The position numbers were made by a program, and so were the translations under genes. The notes beneath the pieces are model-generated. The model saw nothing but the letters and a program-made list of their open reading frames with translations, ran no database searches and was not told the origin of the DNA. DNA of 64,000 nucleotides from a virus (taxonomy: Duplodnaviria; Caudoviricetes): positions 4,909-68,908 of IMG/VR virus record IMGVR_UViG_3300031867_000042; one strand, given 5' to 3'. The stretch's first letter is position 1; each line of letters opens with the position of its first letter. Below, piece by piece: positions 8,467 through 17,947 of the stretch.

Positions 8467-8928
8467 ATGAGCATGGAGACAATATCTTTTAGCCGACTAT
8501 GTGTTGGCGATTATTTTACTTGTGAAAAAGACCCTACCTTGTTTAAAAAAGCTGAGGATTATCAGGGACATTTTTCCTTCTATATAATAAACATTGACGG
8601 TAAGACCGTGACACGTTCTAAAAGAATGGTGAAGCGTGACGTGAATGAAGACTGGCAAGTAAACTTTATAATGTTTGAAAGCAAACTGGGTAAACTTATT
8701 CTCGATGCCGCCAGACAAAAGTGGGTGGTAGAAGATGAAGCAGTAAAGCTTGAATTGGACCCGTTCTCTCACACTGTTTGGCAAAGTATACAATATAGAG
8801 ATAAAGCTGGTAATGAATTACATGGTTTAGTATGTACTTATCAGCTTCAGGCTCTGGGACGGGCGATAGGACTCGAAGAAATTGACGAGATAATGCTGAA
8901 AAATAGTGATTTTCTGGAAGTGTTGTAG
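8467..8928 (+). CDS. Hypothetical protein
   Basis: 153-aa ORF. Confidence 0.65.
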   Translation: MSMETISFSRLCVGDYFTCEKDPTLFKKAEDYQGHFSFYIINIDGKTVTRSKRMVKRDVNEDWQVNFIMFESKLGKLILDAARQKWVVEDEAVKLELDPFSHTVWQSIQYRDKAGNELHGLVCTYQLQALGRAIGLEEIDEIMLKNSDFLEVL

Positions 8929-9003
8929 CCGATGATTATACAGCATTTAGATTTGACCCATCCCCTAATATTTCGCATAAGAAGTAAAAAATATACTAAA
9001 AAT

Positions 9004-9034
9004 TTTGTTAGTAATAAAATAACTTATATATTTG
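9004..9034 (+). promoter_or_regulatory. Bacteroidota sigma-A promoter
   Basis: TTTG (9004-9007), 19-nt spacer, TATATTTG (9027-9034): matches -33/-7 consensus TTTG...TAnnTTTG. Confidence 0.75.
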
Positions 9035-9057
9035 CAAAAACAAATAATTAACATAAC

Positions 9058-9639
9058 ATGGCAATAATTGGAATATCTGACGAAAAGTGCCCACAATGCG
9101 GCGCTGTTATTATGTATGGTGGTGCATTTTCACACTGTCCTGAATGTGGCGCAAGCTTGAATCCAGAGTTAGACGCGGACCATAAAATAGCACGGCTTCT
9201 TGCTGAGGAAAACCAAGATGACATTGAATTTGGCGAGGAGGTTAGCGAAAACATTGGAACCGATGCTGAATTTGACGAAGATTTGAGCAACTATGCAAAG
9301 TATCGTGCAGAGTATGAACAGGCTCTTAGCGACGCAGAGCACGCGATAAAGCATAGCGAATCTTGTCTTGTTGAGCCGGATGCAACCAGTGCTTCGTGGG
9401 GTTTGTGGCTATCGTACAAGGATTTAGCGCGTATTAACAAAAATACTGTGTGGGACATAGCGCATCACCCGGAACAGTACGCAGATTTTCGTGACAAGCA
9501 AGAAAGCACTAAGAAAGAACTGATAAGCTCTCTTAGTGGAGAGGCGATAAATAATAACGTGGTGTATATGCAGGCATTGTATGAAGAATTGTACGATTTG
9601 CCGGCGCTTCATCACATTGTCGAACATTTTTCAGCATAA
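9058..9639 (+). CDS. Zinc-ribbon protein
   Basis: CPQCG...CPECG at N-terminus, then acidic segment. Confidence 0.7.
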   Translation: MAIIGISDEKCPQCGAVIMYGGAFSHCPECGASLNPELDADHKIARLLAEENQDDIEFGEEVSENIGTDAEFDEDLSNYAKYRAEYEQALSDAEHAIKHSESCLVEPDATSASWGLWLSYKDLARINKNTVWDIAHHPEQYADFRDKQESTKKELISSLSGEAINNNVVYMQALYEELYDLPALHHIVEHFSA

Positions 9640-9645
9640 TATAAT

Positions 9646-10101
9646 ATGACAAGTAATGAATTGTTAAAGGAATTGAATGAAATCATTAGACGCAATGGTT
9701 TCACAATCAAAAAAATGGCTGAGGAAATTGGCGTTCCTCATAAGAATTTAGCTTCTCAGCTGTCACATGGGGATAATATCCACATAGACAGATTGATTGC
9801 GATTTTGTCTGCGGTGAAGTATAAGCTTTGGATGATTTATGGTGGCAAGGCATTTTGTTGCTCATCTCCAGATTGGGTGATACAGATGTTCGACCTTTAC
9901 AGATGCAATAAATTTCTTACGCTGGAAGAGTTTTGCAAGCAATGCGACATCAAGCAAACACGCTATTTGGGCTTTGTCGAGAATCCAAGCGTATTATCCA
10001 TCAAGACAATTCTTTCAATGATAGATTCTTGCAATCAGGAAATTAAGATTGAAATGGCGCCTGATGATTTTGAGTTCGTATCTGAAGAAGGTTGCATTTA
10101 A
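9646..10101 (+). CDS. Tandem XRE-type HTH protein
   Basis: Two HTH-like repeats (IRRNGFTIKKMAEEIGV; FLTLEEFCKQCDI). Confidence 0.65.
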   Translation: MTSNELLKELNEIIRRNGFTIKKMAEEIGVPHKNLASQLSHGDNIHIDRLIAILSAVKYKLWMIYGGKAFCCSSPDWVIQMFDLYRCNKFLTLEEFCKQCDIKQTRYLGFVENPSVLSIKTILSMIDSCNQEIKIEMAPDDFEFVSEEGCI

Positions 10102-10115
10102 TTCAAACATATAAT

Positions 10116-10328
10116 ATGACAATACAATTTACTTCAAGAGGTGGTGGCAGACAGGCTGCTATGAACCGGGAGAGAGCAACTGCAAGCCAGAGAAAAGTCA
10201 ATACTGATTTGCTGTGGCATGGTAAACAAAGTATAGCACACAAAAGGTGCGATAGTCGTTTGGCGCAAAGTGTGGTGCAAACCCGCGTCAGCCAGCCAAT
10301 TTCGCCGAGAGTAAAGGATATTTTTTAA
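10116..10328 (+). CDS. Hypothetical basic protein
   Basis: ORF 10092-10328; start at MTIQF. Confidence 0.45.
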   Translation: MTIQFTSRGGGRQAAMNRERATASQRKVNTDLLWHGKQSIAHKRCDSRLAQSVVQTRVSQPISPRVKDIF

Positions 10329-10339
10329 TAGCAGGAACT

Positions 10340-11791
10340 ATGGATAAGACAAAAACAAAGACTGGTGAGATATACACACCGATGCCACTCGTAGCAAATA
10401 TGCTCGATTTTGGCGGATACAAAGGTCCTACCATCCTTCACCATTATGTTATCGACAACAGCTGTGGTAACGGTGCGTTTCTCTCCCAGATTGTTCTTCG
10501 GTATATTCGGGCGTATTTAAATTCTTCGCGTAGCGACGATAGGAACAGTCTTAAACAAGAACTGGAGCGCTATATCTGGGGCATAGATATTTCCCAGCAC
10601 GCGGTGATACAATGTAGATATTGTCTGGACCAGATAGCTGCAAGATTTGGAATCTTTGATGTAAAATGGAATGTGATATGTGCTGACGCGCTGACTTATA
10701 ATTGCGAGGATGAGGACATAAAGTTCAATTATATTTTTGGTAATCCGCCGTATATCCGTACTCATCACATTAACGATATTATGCGCGAAGAACTCCGTGA
10801 CTTTAAGTTTACTCGTAACGGAGCAACAGATATTTATCTTGCTTTTGTCGAAAGATGCTTCCAGATTCTGTCTCCTGCTGGCGTAATGTGTCTTATCACT
10901 CCACGCTCATGGTTGACGAGCAAGGCTGGCGAGGATATGCGAAAGTTCGTTATAGATAACGGCAGTCTTACTGGTATCGTCGATATGGAGCATCATCAGC
11001 CGTTTGATGGCGTCAAATGTTACACTGCCATATCCTTGTTTGTTGGTTCAGCCATAAAAGTTACATCTTTTTGGTACTGCAAGTATAACCCGGCGCTTCC
11101 AGACAGCATTGTATATCATAGTCGCATTCAGTATAATCAGGCGGTTATTGATGGCAGAATATATCTTGCCGAGCAAAAGACGCTTAACATGCTGAAGCAA
11201 ATAAAATGTGGTGAGTATCCCCGTATAGTACAGGTAAAGAACGGATTCCAAACCAGCTTCGATAGTATTTTTATCAGCTCGTTTTCATTTGTTAAAGGTA
11301 CCATACAGGTTACAAAATCCACGACTGGCAAAATGCTGAGGTGTATATATCCATACGATGCTCTTGGTAAGCCATTGTCCGAAAGCGAGTTCAAGCGACA
11401 ATACCCGGAGGCATACGACTATCTTTCAAATTATAAGGAGCATCTTGCCAAGCGTAACATGCCAGATGCTGAGAAAAACTGGTATCTATTCGGACGTCCT
11501 CAAGGCATTGCTGACGTTTTTAAGTTTAAGTGCTCTATAAATAATATAATTCGAGACACTCAAGATCTCCGTATATGCCCGATAAATAAAGGAGCTGGAG
11601 TGTATGGCGGTTTGTACATACTTCTGCCATATTCTTATAGTAGCAAGATTTATAACATCCTGCATACAAATGAGTTCTTGAGGTATGTCGTTTCTCTTGG
11701 TGAGTGTAAGAACAGCGGCTACTATAAATTCAGCGCTAAAGACTTGGAGGATTTTCTTAATTATAAGTTATCAACCAATACGGAAATTTAA
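10340..11791 (+). CDS. N6-adenine DNA methyltransferase (Eco57I/TaqI-like, orphan)
   Basis: GEIYTP, SAM motif DNSCGNGAFL, catalytic GNPPY, DIYLAF; C-terminal TRD-like region. Confidence 0.9.
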   Translation: MDKTKTKTGEIYTPMPLVANMLDFGGYKGPTILHHYVIDNSCGNGAFLSQIVLRYIRAYLNSSRSDDRNSLKQELERYIWGIDISQHAVIQCRYCLDQIAARFGIFDVKWNVICADALTYNCEDEDIKFNYIFGNPPYIRTHHINDIMREELRDFKFTRNGATDIYLAFVERCFQILSPAGVMCLITPRSWLTSKAGEDMRKFVIDNGSLTGIVDMEHHQPFDGVKCYTAISLFVGSAIKVTSFWYCKYNPALPDSIVYHSRIQYNQAVIDGRIYLAEQKTLNMLKQIKCGEYPRIVQVKNGFQTSFDSIFISSFSFVKGTIQVTKSTTGKMLRCIYPYDALGKPLSESEFKRQYPEAYDYLSNYKEHLAKRNMPDAEKNWYLFGRPQGIADVFKFKCSINNIIRDTQDLRICPINKGAGVYGGLYILLPYSYSSKIYNILHTNEFLRYVVSLGECKNSGYYKFSAKDLEDFLNYKLSTNTEI

Positions 11792-11808
11792 GAAATTTTA
11801 ACATATTT

Positions 11809-11826
11809 TTCACCAATTTTGGTGAA
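11809..11826. promoter_or_regulatory. Palindromic TTCACCA-N4-TGGTGAA site (operator-like)
   Basis: Inverted repeat sharing TTGGTGAA core with the 1877/2154 repeats. Confidence 0.45.
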
Positions 11827-11870
11827 TCGAAGTTCTATTTCTTAGTACAAACATTTAAACAAAGACTGAT

Positions 11871-12293
11871 ATGAGAAAGGTTATACTAACACTCGTTTTG
11901 GCGACGCTTGGCGTATCCAGCATAATGGGGCGCAACAAGCGTGAAGCAAATACGGACAAGACTGAGTTTTACACAGAATACCGCTCTATACGAGACATAT
12001 ACGGGGAACTTCACCCTGCTACTTTTTCAAAAGCTCAGTGCAATTCCGTGGTGACTATTGACACTGATAATTGTACGATAACCGTCAAGAATCGCCAGCA
12101 TGGGACCGGCGTCTATAAGTATAACTATATGACGGTTGGCGAGCTTGAATATGAGACTGGTGATGTCTTTACATTCTTTCATGACGATGCTACGGTTACG
12201 GCGAGGCTGATTACTGACTCTGATAAAGTCGTGATGGAAATACGCCGTAAAGACGGAACCTATCTTATTTTGTCGTGGTTTAAGTATTATTAG
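11871..12293 (+). CDS. Secreted protein (signal peptide)
   Basis: MRKVILTLVLATLGVSSIMG N-terminus; beta-rich mature region. Confidence 0.7.
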   Translation: MRKVILTLVLATLGVSSIMGRNKREANTDKTEFYTEYRSIRDIYGELHPATFSKAQCNSVVTIDTDNCTITVKNRQHGTGVYKYNYMTVGELEYETGDVFTFFHDDATVTARLITDSDKVVMEIRRKDGTYLILSWFKYY

Positions 12294-12298
12294 TTGAT

Positions 12299-12679
12299 AT
12301 GGCTGGCAGAAAAGCGATACTAACCGAAGACGAAGTTCATCTTCTCAGTGAAATCACCGGTAGCGAGCTTCCGGTGATGAGCAAAATGAACGATTTGCAG
12401 CTTCTTGACATAGACCAGTGCAGGCGAGCTATAACATGGCGAGTTTACATCACATATCGTACAAAGAAGAAGCAGTACTCTCGAAATCAGGTGGTGGCGA
12501 TGATTGAGCACCACTTTGGATATGACAAGGCGTTCATTCACAAGACAATTGCAAAGAAAGGGGTACAAGTTACTCCGTGCTGCATACGGTGTGGAAAACC
12601 TCTTATAAAATCCATATTTAGGAATAACGAAGGATTGTGCGACGATTGTGTGGCGAGAGATATACATCTGAGACTCTGA
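12299..12679 (+). CDS. Putative DNA-binding protein with C-terminal zinc finger
   Basis: CIRCGKP...GLCDDC. Confidence 0.65.
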   Translation: MAGRKAILTEDEVHLLSEITGSELPVMSKMNDLQLLDIDQCRRAITWRVYITYRTKKKQYSRNQVVAMIEHHFGYDKAFIHKTIAKKGVQVTPCCIRCGKPLIKSIFRNNEGLCDDCVARDIHLRL

Positions 12680-12693
12680 GATATGCAATTCAG

Positions 12694-12701
12694 CTATTCT
12701 T
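12694..12701 (+). promoter_or_regulatory. CTATTCTT phage promoter-like motif (also 3934, 23873, 30656 on +; 39194, 62977 on -)
   Basis: Six exact intergenic copies; five are followed by an A/T-rich tract and lie 10-17 nt before lysis/structural start codons. Confidence 0.6.
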
Positions 12702-12713
12702 AATAAAAAGAAT

Positions 12714-12992
12714 ATGTTTGAGTTCATAAAAAAATCCCTTCTCTCAGGTAGCCAGCAGTCATCAACCAGAATAGTGTTCTATGGTGTGGCGAGTAGCGGA
12801 ATAGCATTTGTCCTTGCTTTAATGGTGGCGATGATTATAGATGTTGCAAAAGATGGGCGCATGGATATGTCTCTTATCGAGGTAGCGGCAGTATTTCCTG
12901 CTGTTGGTGCTTATATCTGGATGGGAGCGCAGCCTAAGAACCAGTCCGACATAGCATATCAAAACAATAACAAAGATAATGTGGCTGAATGA
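12714..12992 (+). CDS. Putative holin
   Basis: Two TM segments, 92 aa, upstream of endolysin. Confidence 0.6.
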   Translation: MFEFIKKSLLSGSQQSSTRIVFYGVASSGIAFVLALMVAMIIDVAKDGRMDMSLIEVAAVFPAVGAYIWMGAQPKNQSDIAYQNNNKDNVAE

Positions 12993-13251
12993 TTCAAATA
13001 GAGAAAAACATCTCGTCTGTGGCGCAGCGGTCTTCATCGTGGCGTTCGTGGCGAACCTCCTGCTTACTCAGGGGGCTATCTCTTCGTTCTACATCGCAAT
13101 GTCAGCAATGGAGAACGTCATCGTGGCGGCACTCGCGCTTGAGTTCAAAGATATGCTGTATGGGAACAAGTTCGACTGGCTTGATATATTAGCGACAGTG
13201 TTTATTCCGGCAGTGGTGACAATAATTATTATTCTAATATATTTTTTCTGA
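12979..13251 (+). CDS. Membrane protein (lysis cassette)
   Basis: Three hydrophobic segments; REKHLVCGA and KFDWLDILAT motifs. Confidence 0.65.
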   Translation: MWLNDSNREKHLVCGAAVFIVAFVANLLLTQGAISSFYIAMSAMENVIVAALALEFKDMLYGNKFDWLDILATVFIPAVVTIIIILIYFF

Positions 13252-13679
13252 TGAAAATACTGTTAAAGCGTGTAGCTCGCCGAGACACATACACAATCGG
13301 CAAGCTCTATTTCGATGGCGTGTACCAGTGCGATGTGCTGGAAGACAAGGATAGGGGACTCAAGCAAGGAGTTCCGGAGGTTATCCTGAAGAAGATGAAG
13401 GTTTATGGCGAGACAGCCATACCAGCAGGAACGTATATGGTCAAATGGACGTTTAGCGCTAAGTTTGGCAAATATCTTCCTGAAATAATCGGAGTCCCTG
13501 CTTTTAGCGGTATCCGTATACATGGCGGACGTATCCCTAAGCATACTCTCGGATGTTTGCTTCTCGGCGAGAATAAGGTTGTAGGACAGGTTATAAACAG
13601 TGCTGCTGTATGTGACCGGGTCCTTCCGAAAATCGAGGCGGCTTGCAAACGCGGTTCAGTAGTCATTACGATAGAGTAG
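13251..13679 (+). CDS. Putative endolysin (DUF5675-like)
   Basis: LKRVARRDTYTIGKL..CDVLED, ETAIPAGTY, FSGIRIHGG, HTLGCLLLG motifs. Confidence 0.8.
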   Translation: MKILLKRVARRDTYTIGKLYFDGVYQCDVLEDKDRGLKQGVPEVILKKMKVYGETAIPAGTYMVKWTFSAKFGKYLPEIIGVPAFSGIRIHGGRIPKHTLGCLLLGENKVVGQVINSAAVCDRVLPKIEAACKRGSVVITIE

Positions 13680-13697
13680 CATAGCAAAAACAATCCG

Positions 13698-13739
13698 CAG
13701 GCGCGGGGCGGTTAGTTATCACTGACAAGCGGCGCCTGC
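13698..13739 (+). terminator. GC-rich hairpin after endolysin
   Basis: GCAGGCGC...GCGCCTGC arms. Confidence 0.5.
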
Positions 13740-13767
13740 ATTTAACAACTTTTAACATTGTAAACAA

Positions 13768-13884
13768 ATGGAAACAGTAAAATTTTTATGCGAGTTCTTT
13801 TTTACTAATTGCTGGCATTTCCTTGGTTTAATGCTCGTACTTGGTGCAATTTCCGGTGTTCTGGGAAATATCAGGAAGAAATGA
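13768..13884 (+). CDS. Small membrane protein (38 aa)
   Basis: METVKFLCEFFFTNCWHFLGLMLVLGAISGVLGNIRKK; translated by hand, below ORF-track cutoff. Confidence 0.6.
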   Translation: METVKFLCEFFFTNCWHFLGLMLVLGAISGVLGNIRKK

Positions 13885-13885
13885 T

Positions 13886-14131
13886 ATGAGCACACAGGGC
13901 TTAGATATAAAAGGGCTGGTAAGAACAATCTTGCAAGCATACTATAAAAGCCATCAGATAGATGGCGAGCCGCTTGATACAGAGATAGAATCTCTTGTGC
14001 CCATAGTTGCCGATTTTATTCACCGTGCCGAAGAAGCAGATAAAGCCGACCGTCGCAAAAGTCTGGTACAGCATTTCTGCGACGTATATGGCGAGGAAGG
14101 TTTCAAGGCATTTATGGACAGATTTATATAG
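13886..14131 (+). CDS. Hypothetical protein
   Basis: ORF 13841-14131; start at MSTQG. Confidence 0.6.
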   Translation: MSTQGLDIKGLVRTILQAYYKSHQIDGEPLDTEIESLVPIVADFIHRAEEADKADRRKSLVQHFCDVYGEEGFKAFMDRFI

Positions 14132-14159
14132 CAATACACACTAACAAAAACATAAAGTA

Positions 14160-15041
14160 ATGATAAGTACACAAACAAATTATGGTAACGTATCACTTCT
14201 CAGAAAGCAGGAAATTTCACGCGGAGAGAAGGTTTCAATGCCTTGGATGAGTGTTGATATAAAAACGTATGGCAAGACTCATACGTTTAAGTTCACCAAC
14301 ACTATGGGCAAGACTATTGATGAGATAACGAAAGATTTTGGCAGACTGGAGATGCTTCTCGACTCTACCGTGTCGGCGTATTTTCATGCAGCTTGTGTAG
14401 AAATCAATAAGCTGGTGGCGTTGATTAGACAGCGAAACCTCGACAAATTTCGTGTGAAAAAAGAGCTGAACACTATCGTAAAAATCCTTGGTGAGCATGA
14501 AAGTTTTATAAAGCGCAACCAGATGGAGAGAACGGAAGCATGGAAGAAGATGATGATAGGGGTATATGCAGATATAACTTCATCTAAGCTCAATATGAAG
14601 TTCCTGAACTTGCAGAACCACAATCACCTTTTGAAGAAGGAAAAGTGTTTTGGCGATAAGATGGACCTCGCCCTTCAGTTTCTCCTTGCAGCGGAAATGA
14701 CTGAGTTGTGCCTTATGAAGTTCGACGTTCTGATTAAGGATTTTCAGAAAAAGACTCATACATCATTCAGCAGTGATGTCTATGCTCCATACCGTCCTAC
14801 TGAGCTATATCACGTTCTGGAAAATTTGCAGTGCGCTTTGTTTTCCAAGGAAGCATGTCAGCACATTAACGAAGTCGGACACAATCAAAATGTTTCGTAT
14901 TGTATCAATGCCGTAGTAAACCAGTTTGAGGACGTGTCTACTTTTAATGAAGTGGCTAAAAAAGTTATCCTTGATGATACAACAGGCGCATTTGATGATG
15001 ATACTAAAAGATTCGTAACCCAATATTCCGCAATACCATGA
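14160..15041 (+). CDS. Hypothetical alpha-helical protein
   Basis: 293-aa ORF. Confidence 0.75.
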   Translation: MISTQTNYGNVSLLRKQEISRGEKVSMPWMSVDIKTYGKTHTFKFTNTMGKTIDEITKDFGRLEMLLDSTVSAYFHAACVEINKLVALIRQRNLDKFRVKKELNTIVKILGEHESFIKRNQMERTEAWKKMMIGVYADITSSKLNMKFLNLQNHNHLLKKEKCFGDKMDLALQFLLAAEMTELCLMKFDVLIKDFQKKTHTSFSSDVYAPYRPTELYHVLENLQCALFSKEACQHINEVGHNQNVSYCINAVVNQFEDVSTFNEVAKKVILDDTTGAFDDDTKRFVTQYSAIP

Positions 15042-15433
15042 ATAAAGTAAATGTTAAAATATTGGCTATGGGTATAGCCTTTTGTTTGCCAGCTGTGTTG
15101 TTAGCTATATTTGGCAAATTGGAGATTCTGGTAATGGGCTTCATGCTTATCTACGGAGTGTTAAGTGGAGGCTTGTTTTACCTTGTGTGCATCTTGATTG
15201 GCGACTGGAAAGAGCGAAACTCGACAGTGGTGATGCTTGATAAGAGACTTGGTGAGGTAATGAAAGATAATACCGAGCTAAGAAAGAATCTTCAGGAAGC
15301 TCACACCAGACTTCATGCAGAAGTACAGATGAATCAAAATCAAGTGCAGTACTACGATAAGCTAATACGCCGAATAGTTTATTCAACCTTTGATGTCGAT
15401 AAATTTCGCTCTGAAGGTGCAATAAATTCTTAG
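15038..15433 (+). CDS. Membrane protein (2 TM plus coiled coil)
   Basis: Architecture like 6431-6733. Confidence 0.65.
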   Translation: MNKVNVKILAMGIAFCLPAVLLAIFGKLEILVMGFMLIYGVLSGGLFYLVCILIGDWKERNSTVVMLDKRLGEVMKDNTELRKNLQEAHTRLHAEVQMNQNQVQYYDKLIRRIVYSTFDVDKFRSEGAINS

Positions 15434-15585
15434 TATAATTCGGTGTATTATGAGAGTTAATCAACCAATTTACAGCAGCTGCTTTCATTGCAGCTACAAG
15501 CAAGGTAATGCTTGTACTTGTCAGGCTGTTTGTTTACACGACAAGCAGGTATATAGCTATTCAGAAAGTACTAATTCAATAATAT

Positions 15586-15894
15586 ATGACACGCGAACAG
15601 GAACTGATAACGGAGTACGAGGCAGCAATGAACGCGCCCCTTTCCGAAAGAGATAAAGAATTGATGCTATCTGTCCTTAAATGGGCAGATAGCCACCCTA
15701 TTTGGCACAAGGCAGACGAGGAACTGCCACCGATAGATAAGGCTATCGCTTATAAATTTAGCAAAAAAGTGCTGGTTAGTGATGGCGAGCATATACACGC
15801 CAGTCGATACAACTATAACACAGGTGAATGGTTTGTCATCGATATAACAGTTACTCACTGGATGTACTTGCCCGAATTACCAAAATCAAATTGA
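15586..15894 (+). CDS. DUF551-like protein
   Basis: WHKADEELPP...VLVSDG...VTHWMYLPELP. Confidence 0.75.
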   Translation: MTREQELITEYEAAMNAPLSERDKELMLSVLKWADSHPIWHKADEELPPIDKAIAYKFSKKVLVSDGEHIHASRYNYNTGEWFVIDITVTHWMYLPELPKSN

Positions 15895-15895
15895 C

Positions 15896-16390
15896 ATGGA
15901 GACTAAATTTAAAGTTGGAGATATAGTAAAATATCAAAACAATATTTACAGCGTTACAAAAGTTGCTGTAATAGACAAAGTGGCTAACGCATGTATGTAT
16001 TATGTCCAATATGTTGCGTCCACTTTGCCAGATAATGACGCAAGTAAAGCTTGCACCGCTATCCATTTTTCCTTTGAGGACGAGATGGAGCTTGTAAAAG
16101 GCTTGAAAATAACAAAAAAGATTATTACCGAGCCTTTTAATTTAGAGAAAGCCAAACAGGGTGCAAGGCTTGTGACTTACGACAATAGAATGGCGAGAAT
16201 TATCTGTTACGATGCTGTGGGTGATAAACCTATAGTTGCGTTGCTCAAAAACCGTACTCTGGGTACTGAAACGGTGGCGATGTATTATGCAGACGGAAGC
16301 TTGTCGAACGATCTTTTCAGAACAGATAACGGAGACCTTCTTATCATGGTCGGAGAAAAATTGATTGCAGAAACAGTTAACATAAAATAG
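15896..16390 (+). CDS. Phage protein: KFKVGD domain plus PFNLEKAKQG domain
   Basis: TKFKVGDIVK N-terminus; PFNLEKAKQGA...ARIICYD...PIVAL. Confidence 0.7.
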   Translation: METKFKVGDIVKYQNNIYSVTKVAVIDKVANACMYYVQYVASTLPDNDASKACTAIHFSFEDEMELVKGLKITKKIITEPFNLEKAKQGARLVTYDNRMARIICYDAVGDKPIVALLKNRTLGTETVAMYYADGSLSNDLFRTDNGDLLIMVGEKLIAETVNIK

Positions 16391-16726
16391 ATGAAAGCAA
16401 AAGTAATAGCAACTGGCGAGGTAGTAGATGTATTTCATGTCGAGCAGCATGGCTGCCCGGAGTTCATTTATCAAGAGACTTCGTTTAACGCAAGACGATG
16501 GGAAGAAAAGCAGCTTGATTTTGAAGACATTCCGGACCATTCTCAATGGCATGATGCGTCTGAAGAACTGCCGGACCGTCCATTTGAGGGGTATCGTTAT
16601 TCCGATGGCGTTCTTGTAACCGATGGTGACGGCTATGAAGTTACATGTTATGATTATAGCCGTCGGCGTTGGGCTAATTTTATGGAAGTTACTCACTGGA
16701 TGTTCCTTCCAGAATTGCCGAAGTAA
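16391..16726 (+). CDS. DUF551-like protein
   Basis: WHDASEELP...VLVTDG...VTHWMFLPELP. Confidence 0.75.
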   Translation: MKAKVIATGEVVDVFHVEQHGCPEFIYQETSFNARRWEEKQLDFEDIPDHSQWHDASEELPDRPFEGYRYSDGVLVTDGDGYEVTCYDYSRRRWANFMEVTHWMFLPELPK

Positions 16727-16764
16727 TTTAATGTAACAAACAATTTAAAGAAAGGAGATATAAA

Positions 16765-17058
16765 ATGGGATATAGAAAGGATATGCGTCAAGCCAACAGA
16801 GCGTTGGAGGATGCTGAGAGATACCGTGATTTTATTAGAAACAGTGGCTCGTTTAAGCCTGCTGTTAAGAAACCCAGTAGTGCCCGAAAGGAAAACGTAT
16901 GCAGCTGCAATGCCTGCGATCACAAATTCTATACTAATCTATCTGTGGTGAAGATTTCTAAGGGTGACGTTCGTGTAGAAGCTGACGGCAAGGTACTTGA
17001 CAGGCGTTTCAAGTCAACTACTCAGGCGAATGAATGGTGCGCAACACATAAGAAATAA
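16765..17058 (+). CDS. Hypothetical basic protein
   Basis: 97-aa ORF with CSCNAC. Confidence 0.6.
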   Translation: MGYRKDMRQANRALEDAERYRDFIRNSGSFKPAVKKPSSARKENVCSCNACDHKFYTNLSVVKISKGDVRVEADGKVLDRRFKSTTQANEWCATHKK

Positions 17059-17064
17059 GAGCTT

Positions 17065-17388
17065 ATGACGCTGAATGATTTACTGAGGCAGGGTCGTTCC
17101 ATTACGGATCGACTTTATTCCGGGGATATTCCTTTAATAGATGCAGAGGGTAAGGAAGTTAATATCCAGCTGACTTTAAACCAGTCGGAGAATAAGCTGG
17201 CATGTGAAATAGCATTTGTCCGTCGCAAGCTGGATGATATGACGCAAGAAGAGTGGAAAGAACTCAAAAAACAGACACAGCATAGCCGCTATCTCAGCAT
17301 ACAGGATGGCAAATTAGAAGGGTATTTTGATGGTGATGAGCTGAGAAATGTTCTTAACTGGCTTGACGAACATAATTTTGAGTATTAA
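17065..17388 (+). CDS. Hypothetical protein
   Basis: 107-aa ORF. Confidence 0.6.
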   Translation: MTLNDLLRQGRSITDRLYSGDIPLIDAEGKEVNIQLTLNQSENKLACEIAFVRRKLDDMTQEEWKELKKQTQHSRYLSIQDGKLEGYFDGDELRNVLNWLDEHNFEY

Positions 17389-17402
17389 CTAAGTAAAGAA
17401 AA

Positions 17403-17762
17403 ATGACACGCGAAGAACAGAGAAACATTGCAGCCGAAGAATATACTAAACAATGGTATAAGGAAGGTTTGGGTATTTCATCAGAAGATTATCCTACAGA
17501 TGCAAGGATAACTATTACAGATTTTACAAAAGGCGCAGAGTGGGCGGATTCTCACCCTAACTGGCACAAGGTAAGCGAGGAATTGCCACCGCCAATAAGT
17601 GTGGCTGTAGATTTTTCTGATAACGTAATTGTTACTGACGGGGTGTTATTATGCCAAGGTTACTACAACTATATTTGCGAGACTTGGGAGGCTGAAGGTG
17701 ATATTGATAGTGATGAAGTCACCCATTGGATGTATTTACCCGAACTCCCAAAAGAAGATTGA
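17403..17762 (+). CDS. DUF551-like protein
   Basis: WHKVSEELPP...VIVTDG...VTHWMYLPELP. Confidence 0.75.
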   Translation: MTREEQRNIAAEEYTKQWYKEGLGISSEDYPTDARITITDFTKGAEWADSHPNWHKVSEELPPPISVAVDFSDNVIVTDGVLLCQGYYNYICETWEAEGDIDSDEVTHWMYLPELPKED

Positions 17763-17764
17763 AT

Positions 17765-17929
17765 ATGACAGACGAACAACTGAAAACTATGACAAAAGAC
17801 GAGGCTAACAAAACCTTGTCTTACGAAGATAAGGTAAGATGGGCGGAGTTGCAAAACTCTACCGCAAACCTATACTTTATCAAGCATGGGGATATTGAAG
17901 AAGTGCCAGCCGAAGGTTGGTGGTACTAA
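17765..17929 (+). CDS. Small hypothetical protein
   Basis: ORF 17726-17929; start at MTDEQL. Confidence 0.5.
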   Translation: MTDEQLKTMTKDEANKTLSYEDKVRWAELQNSTANLYFIKHGDIEEVPAEGWWY

Positions 17930-17947
17930 CTAATAAATAATGAGAGC

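Noticed and set aside
10340-12293. Complete restriction-modification system
   Set aside because: Neighbours are a short basic ORF and a secreted protein; no nuclease motifs recognised
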